56,774 nucleotides of DNA from contig BFEA01000018.1 of the NCBI GenBank assembly GCA_003427395.1, positions 4,305,343-4,362,116 of the forward strand, written 5' to 3'. Shown here piece by piece: positions 1 through 12,339 of this stretch. A program made the position numbers and the translations under genes. The stretch is from Chara braunii (Eukaryota; Plantae; Charophyceae). Under the pieces are notes generated by a model. It ran no database searches. It was not told the DNA's origin and was given only the letters and a program-made list of their open reading frames with translations. Each line of letters begins with the position of its first letter. Within the stretch, counting starts at the first letter, position 1.

Positions 1-60
<60 letters not shown>

Positions 61-731
61 ACTGACAGTGCTGCCAGTCTGAGGACTCTGACGTTCTGAA
101 TTGAACTGCAAAATTGTGTATTCAAAGTTACTAGTACGTTTTTTTTCCAAAAAATTCTCTGTTTCTTTAGTGTTGTGCCTGCTTTGCACTGTTTGCAACT
201 CTGCATGTCTGCTAGTTAAATGCGGTGGTTGATTTGGTGCAAGACACGTGCTCTGCTGCCTGAACTACAGAGTGCAAAGCAGGTAAGTGCCTGCCAACTC
301 CCCTGTCCAACCCCCCCCACCCCGTTTTTTTTTTTTTTTTTTTTTTGGTCCGGACATTCGTGCACCCCTGGTACCGGTCCGGACTGTCCGGGTCCGGTGA
401 TGTCCGGGTGTACGAAATGATTAGGGAGACTACCACCTGGTGTGAGGGCTGAGCTACATCCCCAATGTCAAAGCTGGCCTCAGCCATGAGTCTGGGACGA
501 CAGGACTATGGTTCTTTTCTTCGTCCTCATGCTGTCATAAGACAGGAAACGAAAAAGAGAACGGGGAGTTGTTGGGGAGTAGGTGGGGCGAAGGCCTGAA
601 AAATGTAGATCTAAGATTTTCAGGAGCATGGCAGCTTTCCACCTGCGCTCCGTTTTCTGGCGAAATGGAGAGTGGTGGAGTGAGACCCACATTTTGGAAA
701 AGAAAAAGCAAGCAGTAAAATCACCAATCTT

Positions 732-1163
732 GGGCCTCGCTGCACTACTCTAGACTCTCGAATTTTCGAGAGTGGGTCATCACTGCACTTACTCTCGATC
801 GGGAAACTCTCTAAACCCGATCGAGAGCTGTCAGAAGCCACACTATAACACAACTCTCGAAATGTCGAGAGTCCCCCACCTGCACAAACTGAATTTGCAA
901 GTGTCCTCGGGAGGAGTTGCCCGCCGACAGGCTCGTTTTTCGAGAGTGGACCTCCTGTCCCGGCGGCCAGACTTTGTCCCGTAGCGCAGTGGTGAAGCTC
1001 TTCTGTAGAGTAGGACGACGCCCAGGGTTTCGAGAGTTCACCTAGTGTAATAGGTTATAGAGTAAGTGCAGCGAAGGCGCGTATTTCGAGAGTCTCGCCT
1101 CTCTGACAATGCTAGCCGAAATCTCGAAATATTTCGAGACTCTAGAGTAGTGCAGCGAGGCCC
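732..1163. mobile_element. PIF/Harbinger-like MITE (432 bp)
   Basis: ~31-bp TIRs: GGGCCTCGCTGCACTACTCTAGACTCTCGAA at 732 and its near-perfect reverse complement ending at 1163. 3-bp TSD CTT at 729-731 and 1164-1166. No coding capacity. GGG termini with a 3-bp TSD are Harbinger-like. Confidence 0.75.
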
Positions 1164-2048
1164 CTTCTCTTCCTGATGTGTCGAGAGAGCCCGAGTGTGA
1201 CACGAGGTACGGGCCGAGCTGACCCATGATCTGGCTACCCCATGGGGACCTTTTGTTTCTCTTTTTTTTTTGCTCTCTCTGGACACTTGTCGTTTTCTGT
1301 GGAGCCTCATTTTCCCATCGCTCCACTTTGCCTGCCCCTGGGCTTCTGGATGCCTGTGGGGTTCTGATCCTGGCAGTCGCGTCCACGTCTGTGGATCCTA
1401 TTGCACAGCATGAAATCTTTTTTCCTGTAAAGAAAGGAATATGTTTCCGTTATTCCGCAGCATGTATCCTACATGCATGATGTTTTTTGCAGATTTTTCA
1501 AAGACTTTCTAAACAAGGCGTGCTTGTGCAGGGTCCATGATGCTTTCTTTTTTCTTCTTTTTTTTCTTTTCTTCTTTTTTCCTTCTGATTTCTTCTTTTG
1601 GTGCTGTGCGGTCATTCTTTTTTGGTGAAACTTCGGTCTGGATGTCCGACTTCTGGAGGTGACGAGACCATAGAGGCCACAGTCTATTGGTGGGAAGCTG
1701 CACCGATGGGAAACAGGGTCTGGTCACTGGTGGCCATGCTAATCTGATAACTTATTGAACCAGGGGCCAAGCCCCATATGCACGGTTGAAGTGAGCTAGC
1801 CCAACGGTGCCACCGAATGCATTAAAAAATTAAAAATAGGCGAAAAGGAACAGAAAGTAAGCGAAAGTAGAAACACCGACGCCCTCAAAATGGCAACAAC
1901 ATTCCGGCAGAAATGCAGATTCATCCGTTGACAGAAAATAGCAACAAAAAGAAGAAATTGAGGAGGGAGTATTGTCTTCACCCGAATAGAACGCCCGGTC
2001 ATTATAGCTGTATTTGTAGTCTAGAGACAGAGGTAATGACTGGGCGTT

Positions 2049-2167
2049 CTATTCCGGTGAAGACTGTAGTGGTAGGCAACGGTAGACTGGCACAACGACA
2101 TAGCTCTCTATTCAGGTGAAGATGGTAGTGGTAGGCAACGGTGGACTGGCGCAACGACAGAGCTGTA
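2049..2167. repeat. Two-copy ~60-bp tandem duplication
   Basis: CTATTC(C/A)GGTGAAGA..GTAGTGGTAGGCAACGGT(A/G)GACTGGC(A/G)CAACGACA occurs twice in tandem. Confidence 0.8.
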
Positions 2168-2408
2168 GAGCTCAAGGCATGCGACCGCTTCACTTGCTTT
2201 GTGGGGCTCAGGAAAGCCAGCATTGTCGGTCGTGGTTGGAAGACCTTTCTCAGGCTAGCTATTGAAAAACAAATGCAGTCCCCCAAAAAGAAGTCCCTGA
2301 CAAACGCGTCGTAAGCAGCTAGCACTTCGTGGCCTGAGGATGGCAAGGCCCGCCCCACAGGACCCGCGCGAGTCAGGGGAGATGCCATCGCCATGATCGG
2401 CCATCTCC

Positions 2409-3674
2409 TTGGGGCTCGAGTGTCAACGTCCCCCGGCTGGACGACACGGCCGGAGTGTAGAATCCACGCGTCGGAGCGGTCGACACGCTGACGCCAGCGT
2501 ACAGAATGAACGGGGAGAGTACCGCGGCAACATCGGCGGCACGATAACCACAACAACGAGCGAGATCGGGGTTTGGAAGCTGCGTCCACTACACCATCAG
2601 GTAAGTACCATTAGCACGCCGCCTGCAGGAGTGGCCGGGGCGTCGATAATGGGGACCGAGATTGAAGGGGATGAGGGTGTGCAGGGCATCCCTCCTGGCC
2701 TGCAGCACCCAATGGAGCAGGAGCTGCCTTCTTCCTCAGTATGGTGGGATACGGCGTCAGCGGCAGAAATCGTGGGCATGTACAAGCAACAAATACAAGA
2801 AGCAGTCACGATGCTGCTGCGAGTGGAGGACAGGCTGCCAGTGGAGCTCCTTCAGGACGTAGAAGACACCTGTGTTGGATGGGGGGATGAGCTTCGAGAA
2901 AACGCTTCCTTGCTACAACTGGACACTCTTGACAAGGAGCACTCCCTTGACAAGGAGTACGCTATAAACGACATGCAAGAGTGTCTGACGCTATTGAAGA
3001 AATTACGAGAAATTATAGCACAACGACAGGCGGCAACTACCACCAACAGTCCACAGGTGGATGAAGGATGCCCGTGCATAACACAGGGCCCGACTTGCAG
3101 CTGCCTGATAAATGATGCAATACTGGAGCAGGGCCTTCCGGAGACTGATGGCAGGACGGATGAGATCCTCTGCAGCTGCCGGGGGCAGGAGCGGCTTAAC
3201 GACCGGCCTAAAAGGCAAGACCTACAGAGGATCAACATGGGTAGGATGGAGAGGGGCCAGGTGCCTGCTGGGATGACTGCCGAGGTTTTCGTTTCTTGTG
3301 ACATGGTGGACAAGGGCCTCAGCTGCAGTCAAACGCAGGATCGGACCGATGAGCATCATCTGCGCGCTGCAGGCTCTCGGAAGGTTGCAATGACGAACAC
3401 CAGGCAACTTCCATCTAGGCCGGTGCTTCAAACTTCTTCCCTGAGGATGGCCTGCAATAGGCCGATCGGGGAAGCTGCCCTTTCTATAAAACGAGAGGCA
3501 GGCCATAGGCGTAGATTGCACAGTGAGTTTACTGCATATGTCGTTTCCTCCAGAGAGGCCGCTCCTTCCGCTCCTCGGCCTGAAACCGACACGGCAATCT
3601 GTGCTGCTCATTGTGTCGAATGGTGGGTGCCCTGGACTTGGGGAGATGCGGGGGAGAGATTGGGTATAGGTTAG
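2409..3674 (+). CDS. Hypothetical protein, probably transposon-associated (first ATG at 2649)
   Basis: Longest unassigned stop-free frame (421 codons). It has a helical/acidic central region (QQIQEAVTMLLRVEDRLPVELLQDVED...ECLTLLKKLREII) and no recognisable domain. Confidence 0.35.
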   Translation: MGLECQRPPAGRHGRSVESTRRSGRHADASVQNERGEYRGNIGGTITTTTSEIGVWKLRPLHHQVSTISTPPAGVAGASIMGTEIEGDEGVQGIPPGLQHPMEQELPSSSVWWDTASAAEIVGMYKQQIQEAVTMLLRVEDRLPVELLQDVEDTCVGWGDELRENASLLQLDTLDKEHSLDKEYAINDMQECLTLLKKLREIIAQRQAATTTNSPQVDEGCPCITQGPTCSCLINDAILEQGLPETDGRTDEILCSCRGQERLNDRPKRQDLQRINMGRMERGQVPAGMTAEVFVSCDMVDKGLSCSQTQDRTDEHHLRAAGSRKVAMTNTRQLPSRPVLQTSSLRMACNRPIGEAALSIKREAGHRRRLHSEFTAYVVSSREAAPSAPRPETDTAICAAHCVEWWVPWTWGDAGERLGIG

Positions 3675-6600
3675 TTGGGAGTGGTTGGGGGGGAGGGCAA
3701 AATAATTCCCAGGTACTGATCGTTGTATAACCCTGGGGGATGAGATGGTGTTGTTTTGTCCTGGACGCCGACTTGATGTCTCACAAAAACTACTAAATAC
3801 TATATTCATGAACAGTAGATGAACCGGGATGGGGTGGTAACCGACAAGAGAAGGATTGTTTGACTTTGATTGGTCGGGGGAAGGGCAGATTGGATAAACG
3901 GGTAGTGATTACCAAAGGGTTAGGGTTAAGGACTGGTGGCCATCACGATCCTGTTCCCATCTGGTCATCACATGCAATCATATTCTTTGTGACATCCCCA
4001 CAACAGCGGGTTGGTATGTCGAGGTGAGGGACAGAGAGATGTCGTGATGATCTTCCCGTCCCTTTTCTTTTTTTTTTTTTTTTTTTTTTTTTNNNNNNNN
4101 NNNNNNNNNNNNNNNNNNNNNNNNNNNNNNNNNNNNNNNNNNNNNNNNNNNNNNNNNNNNNNNNNNNNNNNNNNNNNNNNNNNNNNNNNNNNNNNNNNNN
4201 NNNNNNNNNNNNNNNNNNNNNNNNNNNNNNNNNNNNNNNNNNNNNNNNNNNNNNNNNNNNNNNNNNNNNNNNNNNNNNNNNNNNNNNNNNNNNNNNNNNN
4301 NNNNNNNNNNNNNNNNNNNNNNNNNNNNNNNNNNNNNNNNNNNNNNNNNNNNNNNNNNNNNNNNNNNNNNNNNNNNNNNNNNNNNNNNNNNNNNNNNNNN
4401 NNNNNNNNNNNNNNNNNNNNNNNNNNNNNNNNNNNNNNNNNNNNNNNNNNNNNNNNNNNNNNNNNNNNNNNNNNNNNNNNNNNNNNNNNNNNNNNNNNNN
4501 NNNNNNNNNNNNNNNNNNNNNNNNNNNNNNNNNNNNNNNNNNNNNNNNNNNNNNNNNNNNNNNNNNNNNNNNNNNNNNNNNNNNNNNNNNNNNNNNNNNN
4601 NNNNNNNNNNNNNNNNNNNNNNNNNNNNNNNNNNNNNNNNNNNNNNNNNNNNNNNNNNNNNNNNNNNNNNNNNNNNNNNNNNNNNNNNNNNNNNNTTTTT
4701 TTTTTCCTGCTCTCTCTCTCAGAACCCCAGAAAGCTGAAAATAACATGATTGGTCCAAGAAGCTTCCAATAGTCACCGAGCAGAGAAAAATTCCCCCTAC
4801 AACCTGGGTCGTACTATTGGTGGATGCTCGTGTCACCTCCAATAGTAGGCTCCCGCAGATGTTTTCAAAACAAAACAAAAAAACAAACAAACAAACAAAC
4901 AAATGCAGCGGATTCAAACCAGCACTGAGGTAGACGCTATATTTTGATAAACCAGATTCTACACCAACCCTGGCCATTCCAGGCTGATGGTTGAGCCTAC
5001 CTGCTCAGATAGATGAGGGGCAACAAAATGAACCTTAGCCACCTTTCTCCGTTGCATGATTTTGGCTGCCTTTTCGAATGACCATGGGCAACAGGGTACA
5101 GGCTTACCGTAAGAGGTTGAGCCTTTCCTTGGCAGCAGATTCAACCGGCGGATGTGCGTGGGGTTAGCTGGCCGGTGTACTGGTGGTTTGAACTGCTGCT
5201 ATCCGGCGCAAGCGTTGCCAAGCATCGCTGCTGGCCACGGAACCGAGCTCAGTGCGTTTCCCATATACCAATTGAAACTGGTCAAGGGCTGAGCCTGCCG
5301 CCTGCCAAGATAGGCGTGGCGGGACATGCCTGTGGGGTCAGTGCTGGTGCGTTGATAGGCAAAACAAAGCCTTGAATCCCTCCTATTTCTGCCTGGGATT
5401 GAAGAAAAGTGCATGCGGTGTAAAACCAGGCCCTGTGGCGATGACATACACACACACACATAGAGACCACCATCTCCCCCGCCGCCGTCATCTGCCCCAA
5501 AGCCATCTGCCCTCCGCCGCCGCACCATGTCCTCCGCAGCATCTGCACCTGCTGGAAAACGGGCCCCGTGCCCCTCACATATGATAGAACTTTGAAATAT
5601 CCAGATAATAAAAAGAGCAAGGATGACTAAACCAGTACCTCTCCACCCCTCATTGGGCGCCAGATCCTACTGTATCCTTTAGCACTGATTCTCTTAAAAA
5701 AGAGGAAGAAACACCCCTTCCTCGTAACATTTCATTCATAACCAAACCAAGATCTAGGTACCAAACTCAATGCAGATGGTGGAAAGGGATCTGGAAAATC
5801 TGACAGAGGTTGCATAGGCACAGACGGGTCCACTGTTGCCCAGTCGTAAAAAACAAGGCAATAGTCTCTGCAAATATGTGACGAACCACTTCCCGACCCC
5901 GTGCCATCTTTCGTTCCCTTTCTTTTGCTTGTATCATACCAAGTTTACCAACCCCAGGAAAACCCCGTTTTGAGTTCTTGCTTTCGGGAGCCGCATTTTC
6001 CTTTTTGAGAGCTTTTTCGACTGCTGAGTTCTGTTTTTCTTCTTGCAAAGTCGGGAAATACATGAGAATTTACGTGCCCCTTAGCGAACGCACTGGGAAT
6101 TGGGCTCAGTAGTTGGGAATTCCGGGATAAGCGGAACTTCGACGTGTCCTTTTTGGGTGTGTGAATGTTCTTAGGCGCGTCGGAGAAAACTCTCGGAATT
6201 TTGCGTGAATACGAATAGGCGTAGGATTTTCTTTTCCCGCGTCCCTTTTTCGCGCGCGGATATGGTGATTTCAATTTTGAATTAGGATAGAAGCAAGCTG
6301 TAATTGTTTCGGTGCCTTTTTCTTTTTTTTGTTGACCGCGCCGTGCATGCAAAAGCTTCCTCCTCTCTCTCCCCCGCATCGCTCCCTCCCGCGCCTCCCT
6401 TCCCTTCTCCCTCCTTTTTCTCTCTCCCCGTAACTTTTTTTCCTTCTCGTTCTCTCTCTCTCCCGCCTTGATTTCGCGCGCCCATTTCCTTTTCTTGATC
6501 ATGTGAATCTTGGACCCGTCTTGCGCCACCTCTCGCGCCTTTTCTCTTCTCACCCTTTACGTCTGGCGTACGACGCTCGGTCGATCCCCCGATAACTCCC

Positions 6601-7236
6601 GCTCGCCAATCAGGTGCGTGGATCGATAGGACCTTCCTATCGCGCAACGAATCTGATTGGTTGAACCTCGAGTTCCGAGGGATCAGCATGGCGTTCGTAG
6701 AGCACTCTTCTCAAAGTCTTCTCCTCCTGCTTCTCCTCTTACACCTCAGCTTTCCTGTTGCCTTCTCCCCCTTCTATCTCCCCTGTCGCAACTATAAAAC
6801 CCGCAAGCGCGTCCGCAAATCTCTCTTACGTTCTCGACTCCTAAGCCAGCTTCCGGGAAGCAGTGGCTAGGCAGAGTGGATTGATGCCAGTGGATTGATG
6901 CGAGTCGGAAAGCCCTGTCGGGCTGACGATAGGCTGGCCGGCTGCGCGCTTGATCGCCACGACGGACTGTGGGATCCGGGCGAACCGTGTCGAGTTTACG
7001 ACAGCTGGGTGGCGATCGCAGTGGTCGGAGTTAGCACGAGACGGTCGGGATCGTCGGTGCGGGTATGAGGCTCGATGATTAGAGTTGAGTGAGTGATTGG
7101 CCCGGGGCCATAGTGGAATTAACGGCGAATGCGCCTTTGTTGCGGATTGTTATCCTTGGCATGAGTGTAAGGAGGCGACGCCGAACTTTTCTCTTTTCGG
7201 ACCTTGTCATCTTCTATTTTGACTCTCTTTCCCTCG

Positions 7237-7310
<74 letters not shown>

Positions 7311-8717
7311 CCCTCTTGAATGATGGTGCGTCTGAATGATTGCCCCGCTCTTGAATGGGAATGAGTCGGCACTCTGTGTGAAAGAACTTCTTCCGGAACT
7401 CTTCCATTAGTTTCCTGGGTAATCCTCCTACGCAAGGACCCTGTCTTCTTGTCTCGTGAACGGTGGATGCGTGTGTACTGAGTAATGCGATCCATCTTTT
7501 CCTGTGCATGTCTCATTTTTGCACCTTCCACAGTGAGTGCATGTATGAAATGTGTGACTCTTTTGTTAATTAGACGATTGTCGTCGGGATTTTGTTCAAG
7601 AATGCAAGAGTGTTTAGATCTGTAGCTCTGTCTGTACTGCACATGCCATATGCCTTATGCTGCACGACATCAGCAGCCGAGCCACGAGGCGGCCTCGAAA
7701 AACAAGGCGCCAAGGACCAACGTTGTGTTGAACTGATCGGTCCCTTAGTCATCTACATAATCAGGCTGATATGTATATGCTCTCTCTCTCTTGTGTCAAA
7801 AAGATTGATTGGGGGACGCGCGAATCGGTTTTGATCACGTCTCGGAATATTTTGTGATTGATTGACATGTGGACTGACAAGTACCCTTCGATTGGGCGCC
7901 GGCCTCCCGTATCTCCCATCCCAACGCGACATTTTCCCTACAGTGAGGAAAGGACACGTGTACGTGAGTGGGACGTACGAGAAGCCGTCGCACAAATCGG
8001 CGGGCAGTATTACTTCCCTCCGGCCAACCGTTGTTTTGGGTTCGTAGGAGCCGGGTTTGTAATTATCGATACGCACTTTCCACCTTACTCGGTATTGTTG
8101 CCATTTAACGAGTTGATTGTCATTCCGTGGACGGCAGTAGAACCCCACTGGCCGCGCACTTTGTGCACCAAATGTCAGCGTTTTGAGCGCTACGAGTCCA
8201 GGGGTATTCACTACTGTGTGCGAAGCGAAGACGAGCATAAAGAAAGGGCCACGCGGCTGAGACCCTCCACGTCGGACTCAAAACTAACCAGCGAACGACG
8301 ATGAGATTTGATACGAAAACGAGACACGCGAAGCGTGCCTAAGCCTTTCTGTTCTAAGCAACGGGCTGTAGCCCGGTGGGAGGCACGACAATACTTTCTG
8401 GATTGAATTTGGATCTTTCCCTCTGTTCCCGCTTTACCGCGCGCGCATTTTGCGACGCGCGAAAACGATCGACTTGCTCCATCGGACCAACACGGGGGAT
8501 TTCAGTTCGGTTTGTGTCCCCACACTCAATTTCCAAAAATCCTTGACACACCGCATCTTGCTGTTTTTCTGGGCCTCTTTTTCACACAGCTAACACTCCG
8601 AACGAAAGACAACACAGGGCATGAGGTTAGCGCGTCACAAATATCTTAATGATCTTCCAAATATCTTCATGATCTTCCCTTTGAGCCCCACTCCATATCA
8701 CCTGGCCCAATTCCTCC

Positions 8718-8718
<1 letters not shown>

Positions 8719-8812
<94 letters not shown>
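8719..8812. repeat. 94-nt poly(C) homopolymer
   Basis: Uninterrupted C run read directly from the sequence. Confidence 0.9.
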
Positions 8813-8813
<1 letters not shown>

Positions 8814-8899
8814 CCCGGTTTCCTCCCAGCCAGCAGCGAGGAAAGTTATGGAAGTGTCTAAGAATTTCAGGACGTGATATCTTATTTGTTATTTTATGT

Positions 8900-9570
8900 T
8901 TGATTGTATCGACGAATCCTGGACCATCAAGTCTTGCCCCTTCCAATTCCTAAGTACACTTCCTCATCCAAATAGCCCACAGAACAGCCCGTCTTCCTAT
9001 GAAGAAGAGGTTTTAACTTTTAAGTGAAATCATCATACGACTCAGATACCTGTGATTTTAGGAGGATGGCCTGCCAGGACCATGGCCACTGGGCTTGAGG
9101 TCCTACTCGATTCCATATTCTATCCCACCATCTCCAAAGCCAAATAGCACCTGGACACTCCATGAAGATATGCTCAATGGTCTCTGTCGTTTTAGTCGGG
9201 AAGGCCGTCTTGCAGAATTTACACCAGGGAGAGGCTATGCCTCGAGTGTGCTGGGAGGCAAGGCGCGGCAGTCCCAGCACAAGGGAACGCGAGGGGTGAT
9301 GACGCCGCATTTGCAAATGCGCGGATGTGCATGTCTGCTATCGCAGCAAGTTACAGTGAGCCGTGGCTGGAAGCTGCTGTCGCCGGTTGCCGCGCTGTGG
9401 GTTGCACGGGTTTGTGGAGTCCTGGAGAAGCTCATGGTTCAGATGGACATTTTGGCCGGAGGAAGACTTCCACTAGCTTATTATGCTCTTACGTATGGCC
9501 TGGACCGAAGTCAGATTGTATCACTTACATACATGAGTCTAGAGTATGTCAAAGGAACAAGAGCACAACT
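8900..9570 (-). mobile_element. L1/Tx1-like LINE 3' fragment (zf-RVT region, decayed)
   Basis: Minus translation gives WCKFCK...ETIEHIFMECPGAIWLWRWW (CCHC zf-RVT), then frameshifted RAVLWAIWMRKC, typical of the L1-clade ORF2 C-terminus. Confidence 0.75.
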
Positions 9571-9579
9571 CAAGCTCCA

Positions 9580-10479
9580 CTAGGATTGTTGAAACCTTTG
9601 GACCAGTAGACTCCGTATTTATAGACTTTATGGACACCAAGATCAAGAGCAGAAATGGGAATATATAAGTTATGGGTCATAGTGGACCGGTTCAACAAGG
9701 TTGTAGAATTGTTCCTTTGCCAGTAGAAGCAAAAACAGATTTGGTAATCCACAAGTTCTTTGCACATTGGGTCACGAACAACTGTCATCCTTCGACCTTT
9801 TTTTTTTTTTTTTTTAATTTTAAGAGACGATGCTCCAATCTATTCATGGGGAGCAACACAGCTGGGAACCGGGACCTTAGTTAGTGATAGAGATGTTAGA
9901 TTTACAGGGGAACATGGGCAGCAACTCGTGAAGGTGTATGGCTCACAGTCAACTACGTCGTCAGGTAGGCACCCCGAGACGAATGTCAGATGGATCAGAT
10001 GAATAAGTTGTTGCAACAGACGCGTCGTATCTATATTAGACCAGATCGAGTAGATTGGGACGAGCACCTCCCTAGGTAGTCCATGCATACAATCACTCGG
10101 CGCATCTGTCGACGAATAGGACACCTAATAAATTGCACATTGTCAACGGATGGAAGCCACAAAGACCTATAAACGGAGTAAGCAGGGACCAGATTCAGAG
10201 ACTACCACCGATACCTGTGAGTTTGCACCGAAGTATTAGAAAGACCTACAACAAGCATGCACAATTCAAAATGGTAGAGTAAGCTAACAAACACTGTAGA
10301 CCATCACAGTTCGCGATAGGTGATGTAATATGGGTGAAGTCCAAGGAATTTGTACCTGAGGAAGGAATTTCTCAGATACAGTTACCTGTGTATAGAGGAC
10401 CAGGGGAAATTCTAGATGTCAAGGGAGACGTTCACGGTACATCTTACACGGTCGATGTTCCTTTGCAACTTCCCACTTG

Positions 10480-10511
<32 letters not shown>

Positions 10512-10800
10512 CCGCACTTGTCTGGTTTTCCATGCTTCAGAGTTGTTGCCTGCTAACTTGGGACAGTCCTTCCCCTCACGTAGATCAGTGATTCTTGATT
10601 CTGCCTGATATGGGTGGTAGATATGATATCGACTGCACTGTAAATCAGGCTGAACTTAGAACTGGTACACGGGGGAGAGACCAAGTCAACAACTTAGAGT
10701 GAGATGGAAATACCAAGACCTGGAGAAGGATAGGTGGTTCCACAAAGAGCAACTGCATGAGACCTCACCTGGCATAGTCTTGCATTATGCCAGTGAGCAA
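9580..10800 (+). mobile_element. Ty3/gypsy remnant: integrase, GPY/F region and probable chromodomain (pseudogenised)
   Basis: Frameshifted motifs GLLKPL, SVFIDFMDT, VIVDRFNK, FAIGDVIWVKSKEF...YRGPGEI...VFHASELLP, then YDIDCTV and DRWF (chromodomain-like). Many stops and frameshifts. Confidence 0.75.
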
Positions 10801-11559
10801 GCATGCAGGGGGATCTGTGAGTTTGACGTTGCTGCTACTCCTGATGTTGTCACTGTCATTTCAACCTAATGAACCATTTCTGAAGCAACGCTTCTGGCTG
10901 GCGAGAGTAGCTCATGGTTATGGCCCTTATGGGCATTGCTGATTGCACAAGGCAGCTTCGGATAACTGAAATATTACCTCTCGAAGGACCTCGAATTTAG
11001 GCTGGCGGGAGTAAAAGGATTCATGCGCTACCGCAGTACGACCCCAGTACTGTCCCATTTCCTTTTGTACCTCGGGGCCGACGCAGACCTTTCCAGTAGG
11101 TACCATACAGATTAAACTAGAGAAAGAAGAGTCTTGTTTAATAACAGTTAATACATCACTCAGATGAATCGTACTGGCTGAAAGTGCATCCTTGAACATC
11201 CAGTGTGGGAAAGCCCGGACGAAATTATCCATAAGTCTGCTGTAACAATGGATTCTAGCACACTAGTGGGGGAAGTTTTTTGTTAAAAAAAAATAAAAAT
11301 AAAAATAAAAATAAATGGATTCTAGCTAGAGTAGTACAATCTAATTTAGCATTGATGAATTCCCAATGAAGTTTATCATGAATCATCTCATATAAGCTAA
11401 GAATGCGACTCACCCAAAAGAGTCAACGCAGCCGCCACAACAAAACAAGCAGCTTATTTTATTTATGTATGCGCATCCCCCCGGTGGGTAAGTGTCTTAT
11501 TGGCCACCTGACCTGACGGTTGGTTGTCTTTAATTCCGGAACAGTAAAGTATCCTCCGG

Positions 11560-12110
11560 ATTCAAAGCAAGCAGATGGAGCGTGAGGGTGGTAGGTCTGT
11601 CCGCTGCTTCCATCAGGGGCTCTTAGGACCCAAATGGGGTTGTGTCATGCCATTCGGTCCGGTCTGGGAGGAGTCTACTCAGTGTGTGGTTGACTAGGGC
11701 TCCCCGAAGCTGGACCTCCACCACATTGCCTATGCCTTATAGGTCGTGTGTCCTTATATTGTACTGCAACCCAATCCGCCTCAAGAAGGCAAGGGCCGTT
11801 TCTCAGGGCATCCACCCAAGCTACCAGAACTCAGAGAACGATCTGGTCCAGGCTGTCCACTAGGTGGTGGGCGTAGCAGAGAATTGGTCACAGCCTTCTG
11901 TTTTCCAGTCCTGGCGGTCTGGTACCAAATGTCCCCAATGCGGATGACGTCATGTTTAACTCACATGGCGGAAGACACAACCATGTTTGTCGGTGAGCCA
12001 GCAGTCTTCGAACAGAGGCTGGCGCAGGGCTCCTTTGAATCATCCAGGGGGGGTTATGTCCGTGAGGGGGATCTGCCGCCATGTTTTTGGTAGTTTAAGC
12101 TAGAAGTCAT
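11560..12110 (-). mobile_element. LINE ORF2 post-RT fragment (possibly the same copy as 8900-9570, split by the gypsy remnant)
   Basis: Minus translation ALRQPLFEDCWLTDKHG...IGDIWY parallels VLNQILFENPFI...ITHIWD in the LINE at 13120-13683. Confidence 0.5.
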
Positions 12111-12339
12111 TGTGCGCCAGGTCCTTTCTGGCAGTCCCCTTTTCCCCTTGCTCCCTCGACTGCAGCTGTGCACAGGGGAGGGACCGGGAACTGTCCTCCA
12201 ACCACGTGGGGGGTTGCTCTCCAGTGGGCTGAGTGGGGGTATTGGGAGCGAGGCGGCAGATCTGTTCTTTTTTTTTCCCTTTTTTTCTAATTTTATTTAT
12301 TTATTTTCTTTATACATATATACTCTTACTAAAGTGTAA

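Noticed and set aside
3943-4977. Long ORFs across N-runs (also 35717-37265 and 49466-50047)
   Set aside because: Artefacts of assembly gaps and microsatellites.
6688-6870. Small secreted peptide (MAFVEHSSQSLLLLLLLL...)
   Set aside because: The Leu run derives from a CT-rich low-complexity tract and there is no other support.
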